Assembly: GCA_963813155.1 (NCBI GenBank)
Contig: CAWEYG010000001.1
Span: 288,001-352,000 of the forward strand
Origin: an uncultured Acidobacteriota bacterium
GTDB taxonomy: Bacteria; Acidobacteriota; Thermoanaerobaculia; UBA5066; DATFVB01
Reading direction: 5' to 3'
Length of the DNA: 64,000 bases
In this document: piece after piece, positions 29,077-39,148 of the stretch
How positions within the stretch are numbered: the first letter of the stretch is position 1
Layout: the number at the start of each line of letters is the position of its first letter
Made by a program: the position numbers and the translations under genes
Notes under the pieces: model-generated
Database searches by the model: none
Seen by the model: only the letters and a program-made list of their open reading frames with translations
What the model was told of the DNA's origin: nothing

Positions 29077-29817
29077 ATGGCCAAGCCCTCCGCGCTCGTC
29101 GTCTATTCGGGAGGCACGTCGCCCGGCTTCGAGGAATCGTTCGCCGCGAGCGGCTTCGCGGCGAGATGCGTCCCGAGCCATCGAATCGAAGCGACGCCGT
29201 CGGAGCTTCCGGCCGAAGCCCGGGTCGATCGGCTGATTTTCACGAGCCGCAACGCCGTGGAGGCGTTCGGTCTCGCCGGCCTCGCCCGATACCCGAACGC
29301 CCGGGTAGTCGCCATCGGAGAATCCACGCGCGAAACGCTGAGGAGATTCGACCGGCGCGGCGAGGTGCCCGGGATCGCTTCGGCCGAAGGGCTGCTCGAG
29401 AGTGTGCCCGCCCGCCTGGAGGGCGAGTTCGTGCTCTGGCCGCGCGGGGAAGACGCGGACCTCGCGCTCGCCGGCGAGCTTCGGACGCGAGGAGCGGAAG
29501 TCGACGCGCCATCGGTCTATCGGAAAGTTCCGCTGCCGTTCCCCGGAGACCTCGAGCCGGAGATTCGAGAGCGGAAGTACGCCGCCTACTCCTGCACATC
29601 GGGCGCCGCGGCCCGCTGGCTCTACGGGAACCTCGCCCCCGAGCCGGCCGCGATCCTCCGGTCGATCCCCGCCGCCGTCCTCGGCGAAAAGACCGCGGCC
29701 GTCCTACGGGGCCTCGGCGCCGAGAATACCGTCCGCGCCGACGGGGCCTCGTTCGAAAGCCTGGCGACGGGTCTCCTTGCGCTGCTCGAGAGCGCGGCTC
29801 ACCGCTCGAAGACGTAG
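29077..29817 (+). CDS. hemD: Uroporphyrinogen-III synthase-like protein
   Basis: LIFTSRNAV, VAIGESTRETL, SAEGLL, LWPRG, VYRK, LGEKTA; near hemB/hemL; divergent N-terminus. Confidence 0.72.
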   Translation: MAKPSALVVYSGGTSPGFEESFAASGFAARCVPSHRIEATPSELPAEARVDRLIFTSRNAVEAFGLAGLARYPNARVVAIGESTRETLRRFDRRGEVPGIASAEGLLESVPARLEGEFVLWPRGEDADLALAGELRTRGAEVDAPSVYRKVPLPFPGDLEPEIRERKYAAYSCTSGAAARWLYGNLAPEPAAILRSIPAAVLGEKTAAVLRGLGAENTVRADGASFESLATGLLALLESAAHRSKT

Positions 29818-30566
29818 AGCGCGCGCTCGCCGACGATCGACAGCCCGGTCGCCACGTAGCCGCGCCGCATCAGGCTCTCCGACTGTCGCCTCAGGTGAAG
29901 GCGGGCGCGGAGGGCGAGCCGGGGGTCGGAAAAATAGAGGCGAGGGGCTCCGAGAGGGATCTCGACTCCGACCCGGCGTGCGCGGGGCGGCGAGCCGGTC
30001 TTCCAGATGCGAACCCCCTCCGGATCCGGCTCCGGGAAGATTCGGCCCTCCGCGGCCAGCCTCACTTCCCGTCTCTCGAGCTCCCAGTGGACCTCGAACC
30101 GGTCGGTCGGGAGCTTTCCGTACATTCCGCCGATGTGCCCGTAAAAATCCCGGAAATAATCTTTCGCGCGCGCCCGAAGCCGGACGAGATTCAACCGTGC
30201 GTTCTTGACGAGCAGCGGGTCGTAGGTCCACGTCACGAGATCGATTCCGCGGGCGAGACACCAGCGGCGTTGAAAGAACTTCAGGCGAACCGACAGGCCG
30301 CGGCCCTGCGCCTGCGGATGGACGGCCAGGAGGTGCGAGTGCTGGCAGATCCTGCCGTCGAGAATGCGCGGAAACCCGTGAACGAACCCGAGCATTCGCC
30401 GCCCCTCGAACGCGCCGGCGGTCAGCCCCCCGGCATGGGTGATCGCGATCAGGTCCGCCGCGGCCGGCGTCGCGAGGCTCGACATCCGCCAGGCGGCCCG
30501 GGCGATCGCCTGGGCGGCCGCAAATTCCGAGGGCTCCCGCAACTCGCGAAGGAGGACCCGCGTCAC
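29799..30566 (-). CDS. GNAT acyltransferase (putative D-amino acid N-succinyltransferase)
   Basis: HSHLLAV.P..QGRG...LK..QR, WTYDPL..NARLN..L, TDRF; in an operon with NSAR and M20 genes. Confidence 0.8.
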   Translation of the reverse strand: MTRVLLRELREPSEFAAAQAIARAAWRMSSLATPAAADLIAITHAGGLTAGAFEGRRMLGFVHGFPRILDGRICQHSHLLAVHPQAQGRGLSVRLKFFQRRWCLARGIDLVTWTYDPLLVKNARLNLVRLRARAKDYFRDFYGHIGGMYGKLPTDRFEVHWELERREVRLAAEGRIFPEPDPEGVRIWKTGSPPRARRVGVEIPLGAPRLYFSDPRLALRARLHLRRQSESLMRRGYVATGLSIVGERALYVFER

Positions 30567-31651
30567 GCGAGATCCCGGAGGAGACGCTCGAGAAAATCCA
30601 CGCGCCGCGGAAGATCTTCCACGAGCGCGAACTCGTGAACCGCGTGGGCTCCGTCGCCTCCCGGGCCGAGGCCGTCCAGCGTGGGGACGCCGGCCGCCGC
30701 GGTCAGGTTTCCGTCGGACGCTCCCCCGACCCGTTCGGCGCCGAGCTCCCAGCCCGATCCGGCGGCGATCGCCTTCGCCCTCTCGTAGAGCGCCGTGGAT
30801 TCCGCGTTCGGCTCCATCGGGGGCCGGTCGAAACCCCCGGCCACCGTGATCGCGACGCGCGGATCGATCGGGTCGCGTCCCGCGATCGCCGCCGCGACGC
30901 GAGCCTGCTCGGCGGCCGTCCAGACGCGGACGTCGACGGAGAGCCGGGCACTCTCCGGGACGACGTTGGTCTTCGTACCCGAAGCCGCGATTGTCGGAGT
31001 GACGCTCGTGCCGGCCGCCGCGTCGCCGAGCGTCTCGAGAAACAGGACGAAGCGCGAGAGCTCGGCAAGGGCCGACGCGCCCTTTTCGGGTTCCAGTCCC
31101 GCGTGCGCGGCGCGGCCCGCAAACGAAATCTCGAACAATCCCGTTCCCTTGCGGGCGACCTTCGCGGCCCCGCCCCGCGACGGCTCGAGCACGAGAACGC
31201 GGTCGTGCCGCTTTGCTTCCTCCAGGAGGAGGTGGCGGGAAGCGCGCGTACCGATCTCTTCGTCGGGAGTGAGGAACAGGGAGGCACCGACGGCCGCGCC
31301 CTCGCGGCGGAGCCTTTCGAGGGCGTGGATCGCGACCGCGATGCCCGCCTTCATGTCGAAGACGCCCGGGCCCGTCGCGGCCCCGTTTTCGATCCGGAAC
31401 GGGCGCTCCCGAAGCGTCCCCGCCGGCCACACGGTGTCGAGATGCCCGACGAGGAGCGTCCCGCCGGTTCCGCCTCCGAGACGGGCCCGGATCGCGTCGC
31501 CGGCCGGGGGCGACGGCAAGCGTTCCGCGCGAAGGCCAGCAAGCTCCAGTCGGCGCACGATCCACTCCCCGAGGGACGAGACGAGCCCCGGGTCGTCCGA
31601 CGGCGACTCGTGCTCGACGAGGGCCCGAAGGTCGTCGAGGATTTCCGTCAC
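30563..31651 (-). CDS. M20 metallopeptidase (CPG2-like; putative N-succinyl-L-amino acid desuccinylase)
   Basis: GHLDTVW, GPGVFDMKAG, DEEIG, HAG, GGASDGN, GAHA..E. Confidence 0.88.
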   Translation of the reverse strand: MTEILDDLRALVEHESPSDDPGLVSSLGEWIVRRLELAGLRAERLPSPPAGDAIRARLGGGTGGTLLVGHLDTVWPAGTLRERPFRIENGAATGPGVFDMKAGIAVAIHALERLRREGAAVGASLFLTPDEEIGTRASRHLLLEEAKRHDRVLVLEPSRGGAAKVARKGTGLFEISFAGRAAHAGLEPEKGASALAELSRFVLFLETLGDAAAGTSVTPTIAASGTKTNVVPESARLSVDVRVWTAAEQARVAAAIAGRDPIDPRVAITVAGGFDRPPMEPNAESTALYERAKAIAAGSGWELGAERVGGASDGNLTAAAGVPTLDGLGPGGDGAHAVHEFALVEDLPRRVDFLERLLRDLA

Positions 31652-32754
31652 GGGACGAACTCCTCGCGAGCCGTCGTGTATCGATCCAGCACGTCGGCGC
31701 GCACGTCCACGCCGATCCCGGGACCTTCCGGAACCGGCATCTCGCCCGCTGAGGCCTCGAGGGAGGGCTCCACGATGTCCTCTTCGAAGTAGCGGGACGC
31801 GGACGACGTGTCGCCCGGCTTTCGAAAGTTCGGAAGCGCGGCGAGATGAATGTTCGTGGCGCGACCGACCCCGGCTTCCAGCATCCCCCCGCACCAGACG
31901 GGAATTTCTGTTTCAGCGCAGGCGTCGTGGATGGCCTTCGCCTCCCCCAGGCCTCCGACCCGTCCGATCTTGACGTTGATCACTTTCGCGGCTCCGAGCG
32001 CGATCGCGGCGCGCGCGTCCGCGGCGGACCGAATCGACTCGTCGAGGCAGATCGGCGTTTCCATCCGGCGGGCCAGCTCCGCGTGTTCCCGGAGATCCTC
32101 GTGGTGAAGCGGCTGTTCGAGGTAGTCGAGACCGAATTCGTCGAGCCGGACGAGCAGCGGCGCGTCCTCGAGGGAATAGGCGGCGTTCGCGTCCGCCGTC
32201 AAGACAATCGACGGAAACCTCGCCCGGACGGGTCCGACGACGTCGAGATCGCGCCCGGGCCCGATCTTGACCTTGATTCTCTTGTAGCCTTCGTCGACGT
32301 GCCGGGAGACGAGCGCGAGAAGGGCCTCCTCGGTCGGCTGGAGCCCGAGCGAAACGCCGACGTCGACCTTCTTCCGGACGCCCCCGAGCGCCCTCGCGAG
32401 GGACACGCCCGCCTGCTTCGCCTCGAGGTCGCGAAGCGCGCAGTCGACCGTCGCCTTGGCCATCCGGTGCCCGCGAATCGGCGCCGCGCGATCCGCGAAA
32501 TCGGCGGAACCCGTCCCGTCGCGGCCGAAGAGCAGCGGAAGGAGGAAGTCCGCCAGGACGTGCCGCGCCGTCGCGATCGTCTCGGGCGAATACAGCGGCT
32601 CCTCCTCCGCAACGCACTCCCCCCACCCGGAGAAGTCTCCGGAATCGAGCCGTAGCAGGAGAAACTTCTTCCACGAATGTTCTCCGAACGAAGTTCGAAA
32701 CTTGAACTTCAGCGGCATCTCGACGCGACGAAGGACGGCCCTCCGAATTCGCAT
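31648..32754 (-). CDS. o-succinylbenzoate synthase / N-succinylamino acid racemase (enolase superfamily)
   Basis: FRTSFG, GWGECVA...PLY, KVKI, DANAAY, EQPL, CLDES, NVKIGRVGG, WCGGMLE, PGDTS: the NSAR/OSBS subfamily pattern. Confidence 0.88.
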   Translation of the reverse strand: MRIRRAVLRRVEMPLKFKFRTSFGEHSWKKFLLLRLDSGDFSGWGECVAEEEPLYSPETIATARHVLADFLLPLLFGRDGTGSADFADRAAPIRGHRMAKATVDCALRDLEAKQAGVSLARALGGVRKKVDVGVSLGLQPTEEALLALVSRHVDEGYKRIKVKIGPGRDLDVVGPVRARFPSIVLTADANAAYSLEDAPLLVRLDEFGLDYLEQPLHHEDLREHAELARRMETPICLDESIRSAADARAAIALGAAKVINVKIGRVGGLGEAKAIHDACAETEIPVWCGGMLEAGVGRATNIHLAALPNFRKPGDTSSASRYFEEDIVEPSLEASAGEMPVPEGPGIGVDVRADVLDRYTTAREEFVP

Positions 32755-32794
32755 GGGCGAGCAGTTTCGCACGGAACTGGGATAAATTCCTCCC

Positions 32795-33793
32795 ATGGAT
32801 TCGCTCGGCTTTCCGATCGTCCGGCTTCGCCGCCTTCGGCGAACAGCGGGACTCCGGGCGATGGCGCGCGAGACCCGGTTGTCGCCGTCGCAATTCATCG
32901 CGCCCCTCTTCGTCCGAAAAGGGAAGAACGTGCGCGAAGAAATCTCGTCGCTGCCGGGAGTCTTCCGGCTCTCGCCCGACACGGCGCTTCGCGAGGCCGA
33001 AGAGCTCCTCGCTCTCGGAATCCCGGCCGTCATCCTGTTCGGGCTCCCGGAACGCAAAGACGAGGAAGGGTCCGAGGCATGGGACGATTCGGCCGCGGTC
33101 CAGGAAACCGCGCGGTCGCTCAAGAAGAACCTGCCCGAGCTGACCGTCGCAACGGACGTCTGCCTGGACGAGTACACGTCCCACGGGCACTGCGGGGTCG
33201 TTCGAGACGGCGGAGTCGACAACGACGCGACGCTTCCGCTCCTCGCGAAAACGGCGCTTTCCCACGCGCGCGCCGGCGCCGACATCCTCGCGCCCTCCGA
33301 CATGATGGACGGACGGGTCGCCGCGATTCGCGCGGAGCTCGACCGGAACGGCCTGACCGAACGGGCGATCCTCGCCTACTCGGCGAAGACCGCCTCGGCC
33401 TTCTACGGGCCCTTCCGCGAGGCGGCCGATTCCGAGCCGAAATTCGGCGACCGCCGGGGATACCAGATGGACCCCGGCAATGCGCGGGAAGCGATGCGGG
33501 AAATCGAGCTCGACCTTCAGGAGGGCGCGGACGCCGTCATGGTGAAGCCGGCGCTTTCCTATCTCGACATCCTCGCGAAGGCTCGCGCGCGCTTCGATTG
33601 CCCGATCGCCGCGTACAACGTCTCGGGCGAGTACGCGATGGTCCGCGCCGCGGGACGAAACGGCTGGATCGACGAAAAGCGCGTCACCTGCGAAATCCTG
33701 ACTTCAATCGTCCGCGCGGGCGCGGACTGGATCCTCACCTACCACGCGAAAGAAGCCGCGCAGTGGCTCGCCGACGGAACGTTCCTGGCCTAA
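32795..33793 (+). CDS. hemB: Delta-aminolevulinic acid dehydratase
   Basis: [49 protein letters not shown]. Confidence 0.96.
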   Translation: MDSLGFPIVRLRRLRRTAGLRAMARETRLSPSQFIAPLFVRKGKNVREEISSLPGVFRLSPDTALREAEELLALGIPAVILFGLPERKDEEGSEAWDDSAAVQETARSLKKNLPELTVATDVCLDEYTSHGHCGVVRDGGVDNDATLPLLAKTALSHARAGADILAPSDMMDGRVAAIRAELDRNGLTERAILAYSAKTASAFYGPFREAADSEPKFGDRRGYQMDPGNAREAMREIELDLQEGADAVMVKPALSYLDILAKARARFDCPIAAYNVSGEYAMVRAAGRNGWIDEKRVTCEILTSIVRAGADWILTYHAKEAAQWLADGTFLA

Positions 33794-33824
33794 GAAGCCG
33801 CCCGGCGACGAAGAGAGAACACGC

Positions 33825-35162
33825 ATGACGAAGAAGAAACGCGCCGAGTCCCGCCGGCGCGAGCGAAAGACTTCCCATTCGAGCGCCATCTTCCGGGAGG
33901 CGAAGAAGCTCCTGCCGGGCGGCGTCGACTCTCCCGTCCGGTCGTTCGCCGCGGTCGGGGGCGAGCCCTTTTTCGTGCGCGGCGGCCGGGGATCGAAGCT
34001 CCGCGACGCGGACGGAAACGTCTATCTCGACTACGTGATGTCGTACGGCCCGCTCCTTTTCGGCCACGCGCCGGGAAGGATCGTTCAGGCGGTGCGCGCG
34101 GCGGCCCGGCTCGGGACTTCGTTCGGAGCGCCGACGGAGCTCGAAGTCATGCTCGCGCGGCGGGTGTGCCGCGCGATGCCGTCGATCGAGAGGATCCGCT
34201 TCGTCTCCTCCGGGACCGAAGCCGCGATGAGCGCGATCCGCGTCGCCCGCGGATTCACGAAACGGGACCTGATCGTCAAGACCGACGGCGGCTACCACGG
34301 GCATGCCGACTCCTTTCTCGTCGCGGCCGGCTCCGGCGCCGCGACGCTCGGAATCGCGGGAAGCCCCGGAGTTCCGCAGGCGCTCGCGGAGAAGACGCTC
34401 GTCGTCCCCTACAACGACGCCGACGCTCTCGGCAACGCCTTCCGGAAACACGCGGAGCAGATCGCCGCCTTCATCGTAGAGCCCGTCGCCGCGAACATGG
34501 GCGTCGTGAATCCCCGGCCCGGTTATCTCGAGGCGGCCCGCGAGATCACGAAGAAGAACGGCGCGCTCCTGATCTTCGACGAAGTGATCACCGGGTTTCG
34601 GCTCGCGCTCGGCGGCGCCCAGGAAGTCTACGGAATCGTTCCCGACATGACCTGCCTCGGAAAGATCATCGGAGCGGGGCTACCGGTCGGCGCTTACGGG
34701 GGCCGCTCCGACGTCATGGCCATGGTCTCGCCCGACGGCCCGGTCTACCAGGCCGGAACGCTTTCTGGAAACCCGCTCGCGATGACCGCGGGAATCGCGA
34801 TGCTCGACACCCTCGCGCGCGACAAACCGTATGCCGAGCTCGAGCGAAAGGCCGCCGAGTTCGAGCGGCTCATGGCCGCGGAAATCGAAGCCGCAGGCGC
34901 ATCGCGACAAACCTGCTGGAACCGCGCCGGCTCCATGGGCACCCTCTTTTTCACGCCCGGGCCGGTGACGAGCTATGCCGACGCGAAGAAATCCGACACG
35001 GCAGCGTACGGACGCTACTTCCACGCCGCTCTCGACCGGGGTGTCTTTCTCGCCCCCGCGCAGTTCGAGGCGATGTTCTTCTCGACCGCGCATTCCGATG
35101 CGGACATCCGGAGGACCGCGAAGATTCTCGGAGAATCGCTGCGGGTCGCGCTCGCCGGCTGA
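33825..35162 (+). CDS. hemL: Glutamate-1-semialdehyde 2,1-aminomutase
   Basis: PGGVDSPVR, SGTEA, YHGH, FDEVITGFR, LGKIIG, QAGTLSGNP. Confidence 0.95.
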   Translation: MTKKKRAESRRRERKTSHSSAIFREAKKLLPGGVDSPVRSFAAVGGEPFFVRGGRGSKLRDADGNVYLDYVMSYGPLLFGHAPGRIVQAVRAAARLGTSFGAPTELEVMLARRVCRAMPSIERIRFVSSGTEAAMSAIRVARGFTKRDLIVKTDGGYHGHADSFLVAAGSGAATLGIAGSPGVPQALAEKTLVVPYNDADALGNAFRKHAEQIAAFIVEPVAANMGVVNPRPGYLEAAREITKKNGALLIFDEVITGFRLALGGAQEVYGIVPDMTCLGKIIGAGLPVGAYGGRSDVMAMVSPDGPVYQAGTLSGNPLAMTAGIAMLDTLARDKPYAELERKAAEFERLMAAEIEAAGASRQTCWNRAGSMGTLFFTPGPVTSYADAKKSDTAAYGRYFHAALDRGVFLAPAQFEAMFFSTAHSDADIRRTAKILGESLRVALAG

Positions 35163-35192
35163 AACTTCCCGCTGAGGTATCCTTTCCCCAGC

Positions 35193-36162
35193 TTGCAGCC
35201 CGACATCGTCGCCGCGATCGATCGCCTCGAGGGCGAGAACGTCCTTCCTCCGCCGACCGCCGCATCGCTCCGGCGCGTCGCGAAGGGCGATCTTGTCTCG
35301 GTTCGATTCGAAATCCGCGCGTTCCTCTACGGCGGAGTCGCACTGATCGCGGCGGGCGCGGGCCTGTTCGTCAAGGAGCACTACCGCCAGATCGGCCCGG
35401 TCGCGATCACGCTCGCCCTGAGTCTCGCCGGCGGGGCGTGCCTCCTGTACGTCCTGAACCGCGCGCCGGATTTCTCGTGGAAGGCCGTTCCCTCGCCGAC
35501 CCTCGCGTTCGACTACGTTCTGCTCCTCGCGGTTCTCCTCTTCGGCGCCGACCTGGCGTACGTCGAGGCGCAGTTCCGCCTGCTCGGGCCGAACTGGGAG
35601 TATCACCTGCTCGTGTATTCGCTGATCTGCCTGGTGGCCGCCTTCCGTTTCGATTCCGCCGCCGTCCTCTCCCTCGCGCTCACTTCCTTCGCCGCCTGGC
35701 GGGGAGTCGCGGCCCGGAATCCGCTCGCGATTCTCTTCGCGGACCCGACCGCCCGAATCCGGGCGAACGCGATCTTCTGCGGCGCGCTGTTCGCGGCCGG
35801 CGCCGTCTGGAGCGCCCGCGCCCGCCGGAAAGCCCACTTCGAGCCCGTCTGGGCGAACCTCGGCCTTCTCCTCGATCTTCGGAGGGCTCCTTTCGGGGGT
35901 CTTCACCGCGGGAAACTGGATGATCTGGGAGATTCCCCTGCTCGTGGTCTGTGCCGCGGCGCTCGCGATCGGGCTTCGGTTCGGACGCGAGCTCGTTCTG
36001 GCGCAGGGCGTGCTGGCCGGCTATGTCGGCCTGCTCAAGATCGTTCTTCACCCGCTCCGCGACGAGGTCGCCGTTCTCGCCGTCATCACCCTCTCGGGAA
36101 TCGGCGTGCTGGCGCTCCTGCTCGTGCTGCACCGGACCGTGAAGGCGCGACATGCGCCGTGA
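35193..36162 (+). CDS. DUF2157-like multi-pass membrane protein, with a 1-nt frameshift at ~35873
   Basis: Hydrophobic TM series runs to ..ANLGLLL, then continues in another frame (IFGGLLSGVFTAGNWMIWEIP..) to the stop at 36162. Confidence 0.65.
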
Positions 36163-37330
36163 GCTCGCGGCCGCCGAGCGTCACGTCGCCGTGCGCGACG
36201 CCGCCCGCGGATGGGCGAAAGCCGGGGCGATCGGCGAGGACACCCGGCTCGACATCGATTCGCGATTTCCGCTCGACCGGGTCGGGAAACCCCTCGTCTG
36301 GAGGATCCTGATCTTCTTTTTCTCCTGCGTGATTCTGTGCTCGTTCTTCGGCCTCGTCGCCGCGACGAACCGGCCCTCGAGGGACGGATTCACCGTTCTC
36401 GCGCTCTTTTTCGGCGTCGCGCTCGCGGTCGCGACCGAATTCCAGCAGGGCCCCCTCCGCTTCGACGGGACCGGGGGCGAAGCCGCGACGTCTTTCCTGT
36501 CGCTGGCGTTCCTGACCGCGGCGGCGGCGTCGAGCTTCCTCGGGTCTTCGGCTTCCCCGCCCCGGATCGGCTCGACCCTTCTCTTCGCCGGGGTCGTGTG
36601 CGCGGCGGGATGGTGGAGATGGGGGTTTCCGGTCTACGCGCTCTTTTCGGCCGCTTCGGTCTTTTTCTGCATTTCCATCTTCGTCCCCGTTCCGCGCCTC
36701 GGATGGATCGCCGCCTCCGCTGTTCTCGCGATCCTCGCGGCCAGGCGCCGGGACGACGCGCGTCTGGCGCCGGCCCATCGGGCGGGGATGAGCGTCGTCC
36801 TCGCGGCCGCTCTCGCGGCCGCTTACGCGGCGGTAAACCTGTACTCGCTCGACCAGGGCGCGATCGAGGAAGCGCGGCCGGGGCCGTCCGCGGCAAGGCT
36901 CGCCGGGCCGCTGGTCCGGGGCCTCGCGATCGCGGCCACGGCGATCTTCCCGATCCTCCTGGCCATGGCGGGCGCGAGGAAGCGCAGCCGGCTGTTCCTC
37001 GACCTCGGAATCGTTTTCGGCGCGCTCTCGCTCGCGACGCTCCACTCCTACGTTCGGCTCGGTCCTCTGTGGCTCGTGCTGACGGAGACGGGCGCCGGTC
37101 TCGTCCTGCTCGCGATCTGGACCGAGAGATTCCTCGGCCGGGGCCGCGGCCGCGAACGCGCCGGTCTCACCGCCGAGCCGCTCTTCGAAGACGTCTCGCG
37201 CGCGCAAATGCTCTCCGCCGCGGCGGCCGCTGCGACGTTCGCGCCGGAATCCCGGGCCGCCGAGCCCGGGACCGGGCTCTCGGCCGGCGGCGGAGACTTC
37301 GGGGGCGGGGGCGCGAGCGGAGAGATCTGA
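36152..37330 (+). CDS. Hypothetical multi-pass membrane protein with a Gly-rich C-terminal tail
   Basis: About 10 hydrophobic segments; ends GGGDFGGGGASGEI; overlaps the upstream stop. Confidence 0.7.
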   Translation: MRRELAAAERHVAVRDAARGWAKAGAIGEDTRLDIDSRFPLDRVGKPLVWRILIFFFSCVILCSFFGLVAATNRPSRDGFTVLALFFGVALAVATEFQQGPLRFDGTGGEAATSFLSLAFLTAAAASSFLGSSASPPRIGSTLLFAGVVCAAGWWRWGFPVYALFSAASVFFCISIFVPVPRLGWIAASAVLAILAARRRDDARLAPAHRAGMSVVLAAALAAAYAAVNLYSLDQGAIEEARPGPSAARLAGPLVRGLAIAATAIFPILLAMAGARKRSRLFLDLGIVFGALSLATLHSYVRLGPLWLVLTETGAGLVLLAIWTERFLGRGRGRERAGLTAEPLFEDVSRAQMLSAAAAAATFAPESRAAEPGTGLSAGGGDFGGGGASGEI

Positions 37331-37340
37331 GCGTGGCGCC

Positions 37341-38243
37341 GTGAAGCCTCCCTTCCCGGGACCGCTCGTCCGATACGTGCTTCCGAAACGCGACCTCTGG
37401 CGGCGCATTTTCGTCGAGCGCCTGACCGAGCCGCTGCATCTCAACGTCCTGTCGCTCTTTGTGGCGGTTTTCGGAACCTATCGCGCGAAGATCGCGTTCG
37501 ATCTCATCCTCCGGCAGGAATACGCCTACGGAATGCAGCAGGCCGCCGCCCTCGCAAAGGCGCGCGGCCTGTCGCGCGTGACGATCGTGGAGCTCGGAGT
37601 CGGAGCGGGGACGGGGTTGCTGAATCTGTGTGCGATCGCGAAGTCGCTTTCGCCCGCCGCCGGCGTTCGATTCGAGATCGTGGGTTTCGATTCCGGTCGG
37701 GGCCTGCCGGCGCCCGCGGACTATCGGGATCATCCGGAGGCCTACGGACAGGGCTGGTACCCCATGCATGCGGACAAGTTAGCCGGCGCGCTCGCCGGAG
37801 CGGCGACGCTCGTCCTGGGCGACTTCGCGGAAACGGTCGTTCCGTTCGTGAAGCAGCTGGACCCCTCGGCGCCCGTCGGGTTTGCGATCCTCGACGTCGA
37901 TTACTACTCCTCCGCGAAGAGCGCGCTCGAGCTTTTCGCCGGCCCGCCCTCCGTCTACCTGCCGTATTTCCCGGTTTACGTCGACGACATCAAGCTTCCG
38001 TCGCACAATTCGCGCGCCGGCGAAGCGCTCGCGATCGAAGAGTTCAATCGCGATCACCCCGATCGCGTTCTCGAGTTCGACCGCTTCCTCGTTCACTCGC
38101 GGATCTTCAAGCACGCGCGATGGTTGAGCCACATGCACAAGCTTCACGTTCTCGACCATCCGGAAAGAAACGATCTCTCGCCCCGGGGGCAGATCCGCGA
38201 TCCCGGTAATCCCTACCTCACGGAACGGCTGCCGGCCTCCTGA
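37341..38243 (+). CDS. TylF/MycF-like methyltransferase-fold protein
   Basis: IVELGV..G.G, GFDS..GLP, LDVDYYSS, VDD, GEALAIEEFN. Confidence 0.6.
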   Translation: MKPPFPGPLVRYVLPKRDLWRRIFVERLTEPLHLNVLSLFVAVFGTYRAKIAFDLILRQEYAYGMQQAAALAKARGLSRVTIVELGVGAGTGLLNLCAIAKSLSPAAGVRFEIVGFDSGRGLPAPADYRDHPEAYGQGWYPMHADKLAGALAGAATLVLGDFAETVVPFVKQLDPSAPVGFAILDVDYYSSAKSALELFAGPPSVYLPYFPVYVDDIKLPSHNSRAGEALAIEEFNRDHPDRVLEFDRFLVHSRIFKHARWLSHMHKLHVLDHPERNDLSPRGQIRDPGNPYLTERLPAS

Positions 38244-39097
38244 TAGGCCTTTCGTGCCCCCTCGTAGCAGGACCGGTCGTAGCTCGCGTCGTTCAGATCC
38301 TGTTCCATCAGCGGAAGGGTCGCGCGCATCAAGGCCGCGTCCCCGCTCTGCGAAACGATGTACGCAGCGTTGCAAGCCGCCACCGTCCCGAACCGGCCGA
38401 CGTCGATCCAACCGACGTCCCGGATCACCTTCTGAAGATCGCGGTCCGCCTTCGTCGCCGCCTTCCGAAGCTTCTCCGGATCGGCGAGCGATCTCAATCG
38501 ATTCGCGGATCCCTTCAGGTCGTCCTGGATCGAGCGGATGAACGCGCTGCCCAGGCTGCGCGGATCGGGGATCGGAACGACGTCCGCCGGAGGAGGCGGG
38601 ACCGCGGCGGTCGAGACCGCTGCGGGAGGCTCGGCAGCGTTCGGTGCCGTCGGCGCGGCGGATTCCATCCACAGATCGCGCGAGACTTTCCAGCCGCCCT
38701 CCGCCGCGCGCTTCCACACCGCGAGGTAGATCATGCGATCGACGGTTCGTGACCTGCCCGGAAAATCCCATTGCGCCACGGTCTGACCGCTCTCGACGGC
38801 GATGTCTTCACACACTTCGAGGTTCGAGGTCTCGAACCTTTCGTCCACGAGCGTCCCGCCCGCCTTCACGAACCGTTCGAGCCGACGAACGGCCGATTCC
38901 CGTCCGGCGGCGCGGTCCAGGTACATCTCCGACATGCCGTCGGTGTCGCGGCGGACTTCGGCGCGCGCGAACCGCGCCTGCTCGTCCTCGATCGCCTGTC
39001 GAACCGACGCCGCGCCGGATTCCGCCGCCGCGGCAGGCCGCGAGAGCGCGGCCAGGAGAAGAACGGGGATCGCGATCCTCGGAGAGCGGGTCTTCAT
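38213..39097 (-). CDS. Secreted NTF2-like (DUF4440) domain protein with a helical C-terminal domain
   Basis: Signal peptide; DIAVESG..YLAVWKR..GGWKVSRDLW; Pro/Ala linker; second helical domain. Confidence 0.6.
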   Translation of the reverse strand: MKTRSPRIAIPVLLLAALSRPAAAAESGAASVRQAIEDEQARFARAEVRRDTDGMSEMYLDRAAGRESAVRRLERFVKAGGTLVDERFETSNLEVCEDIAVESGQTVAQWDFPGRSRTVDRMIYLAVWKRAAEGGWKVSRDLWMESAAPTAPNAAEPPAAVSTAAVPPPPADVVPIPDPRSLGSAFIRSIQDDLKGSANRLRSLADPEKLRKAATKADRDLQKVIRDVGWIDVGRFGTVAACNAAYIVSQSGDAALMRATLPLMEQDLNDASYDRSCYEGARKAYQEAGSRSVR

Positions 39098-39148
39098 CCG
39101 GCGATTATTCACGAGGACCGCGATCCTCACAACTTCGATTTCCAGCCG

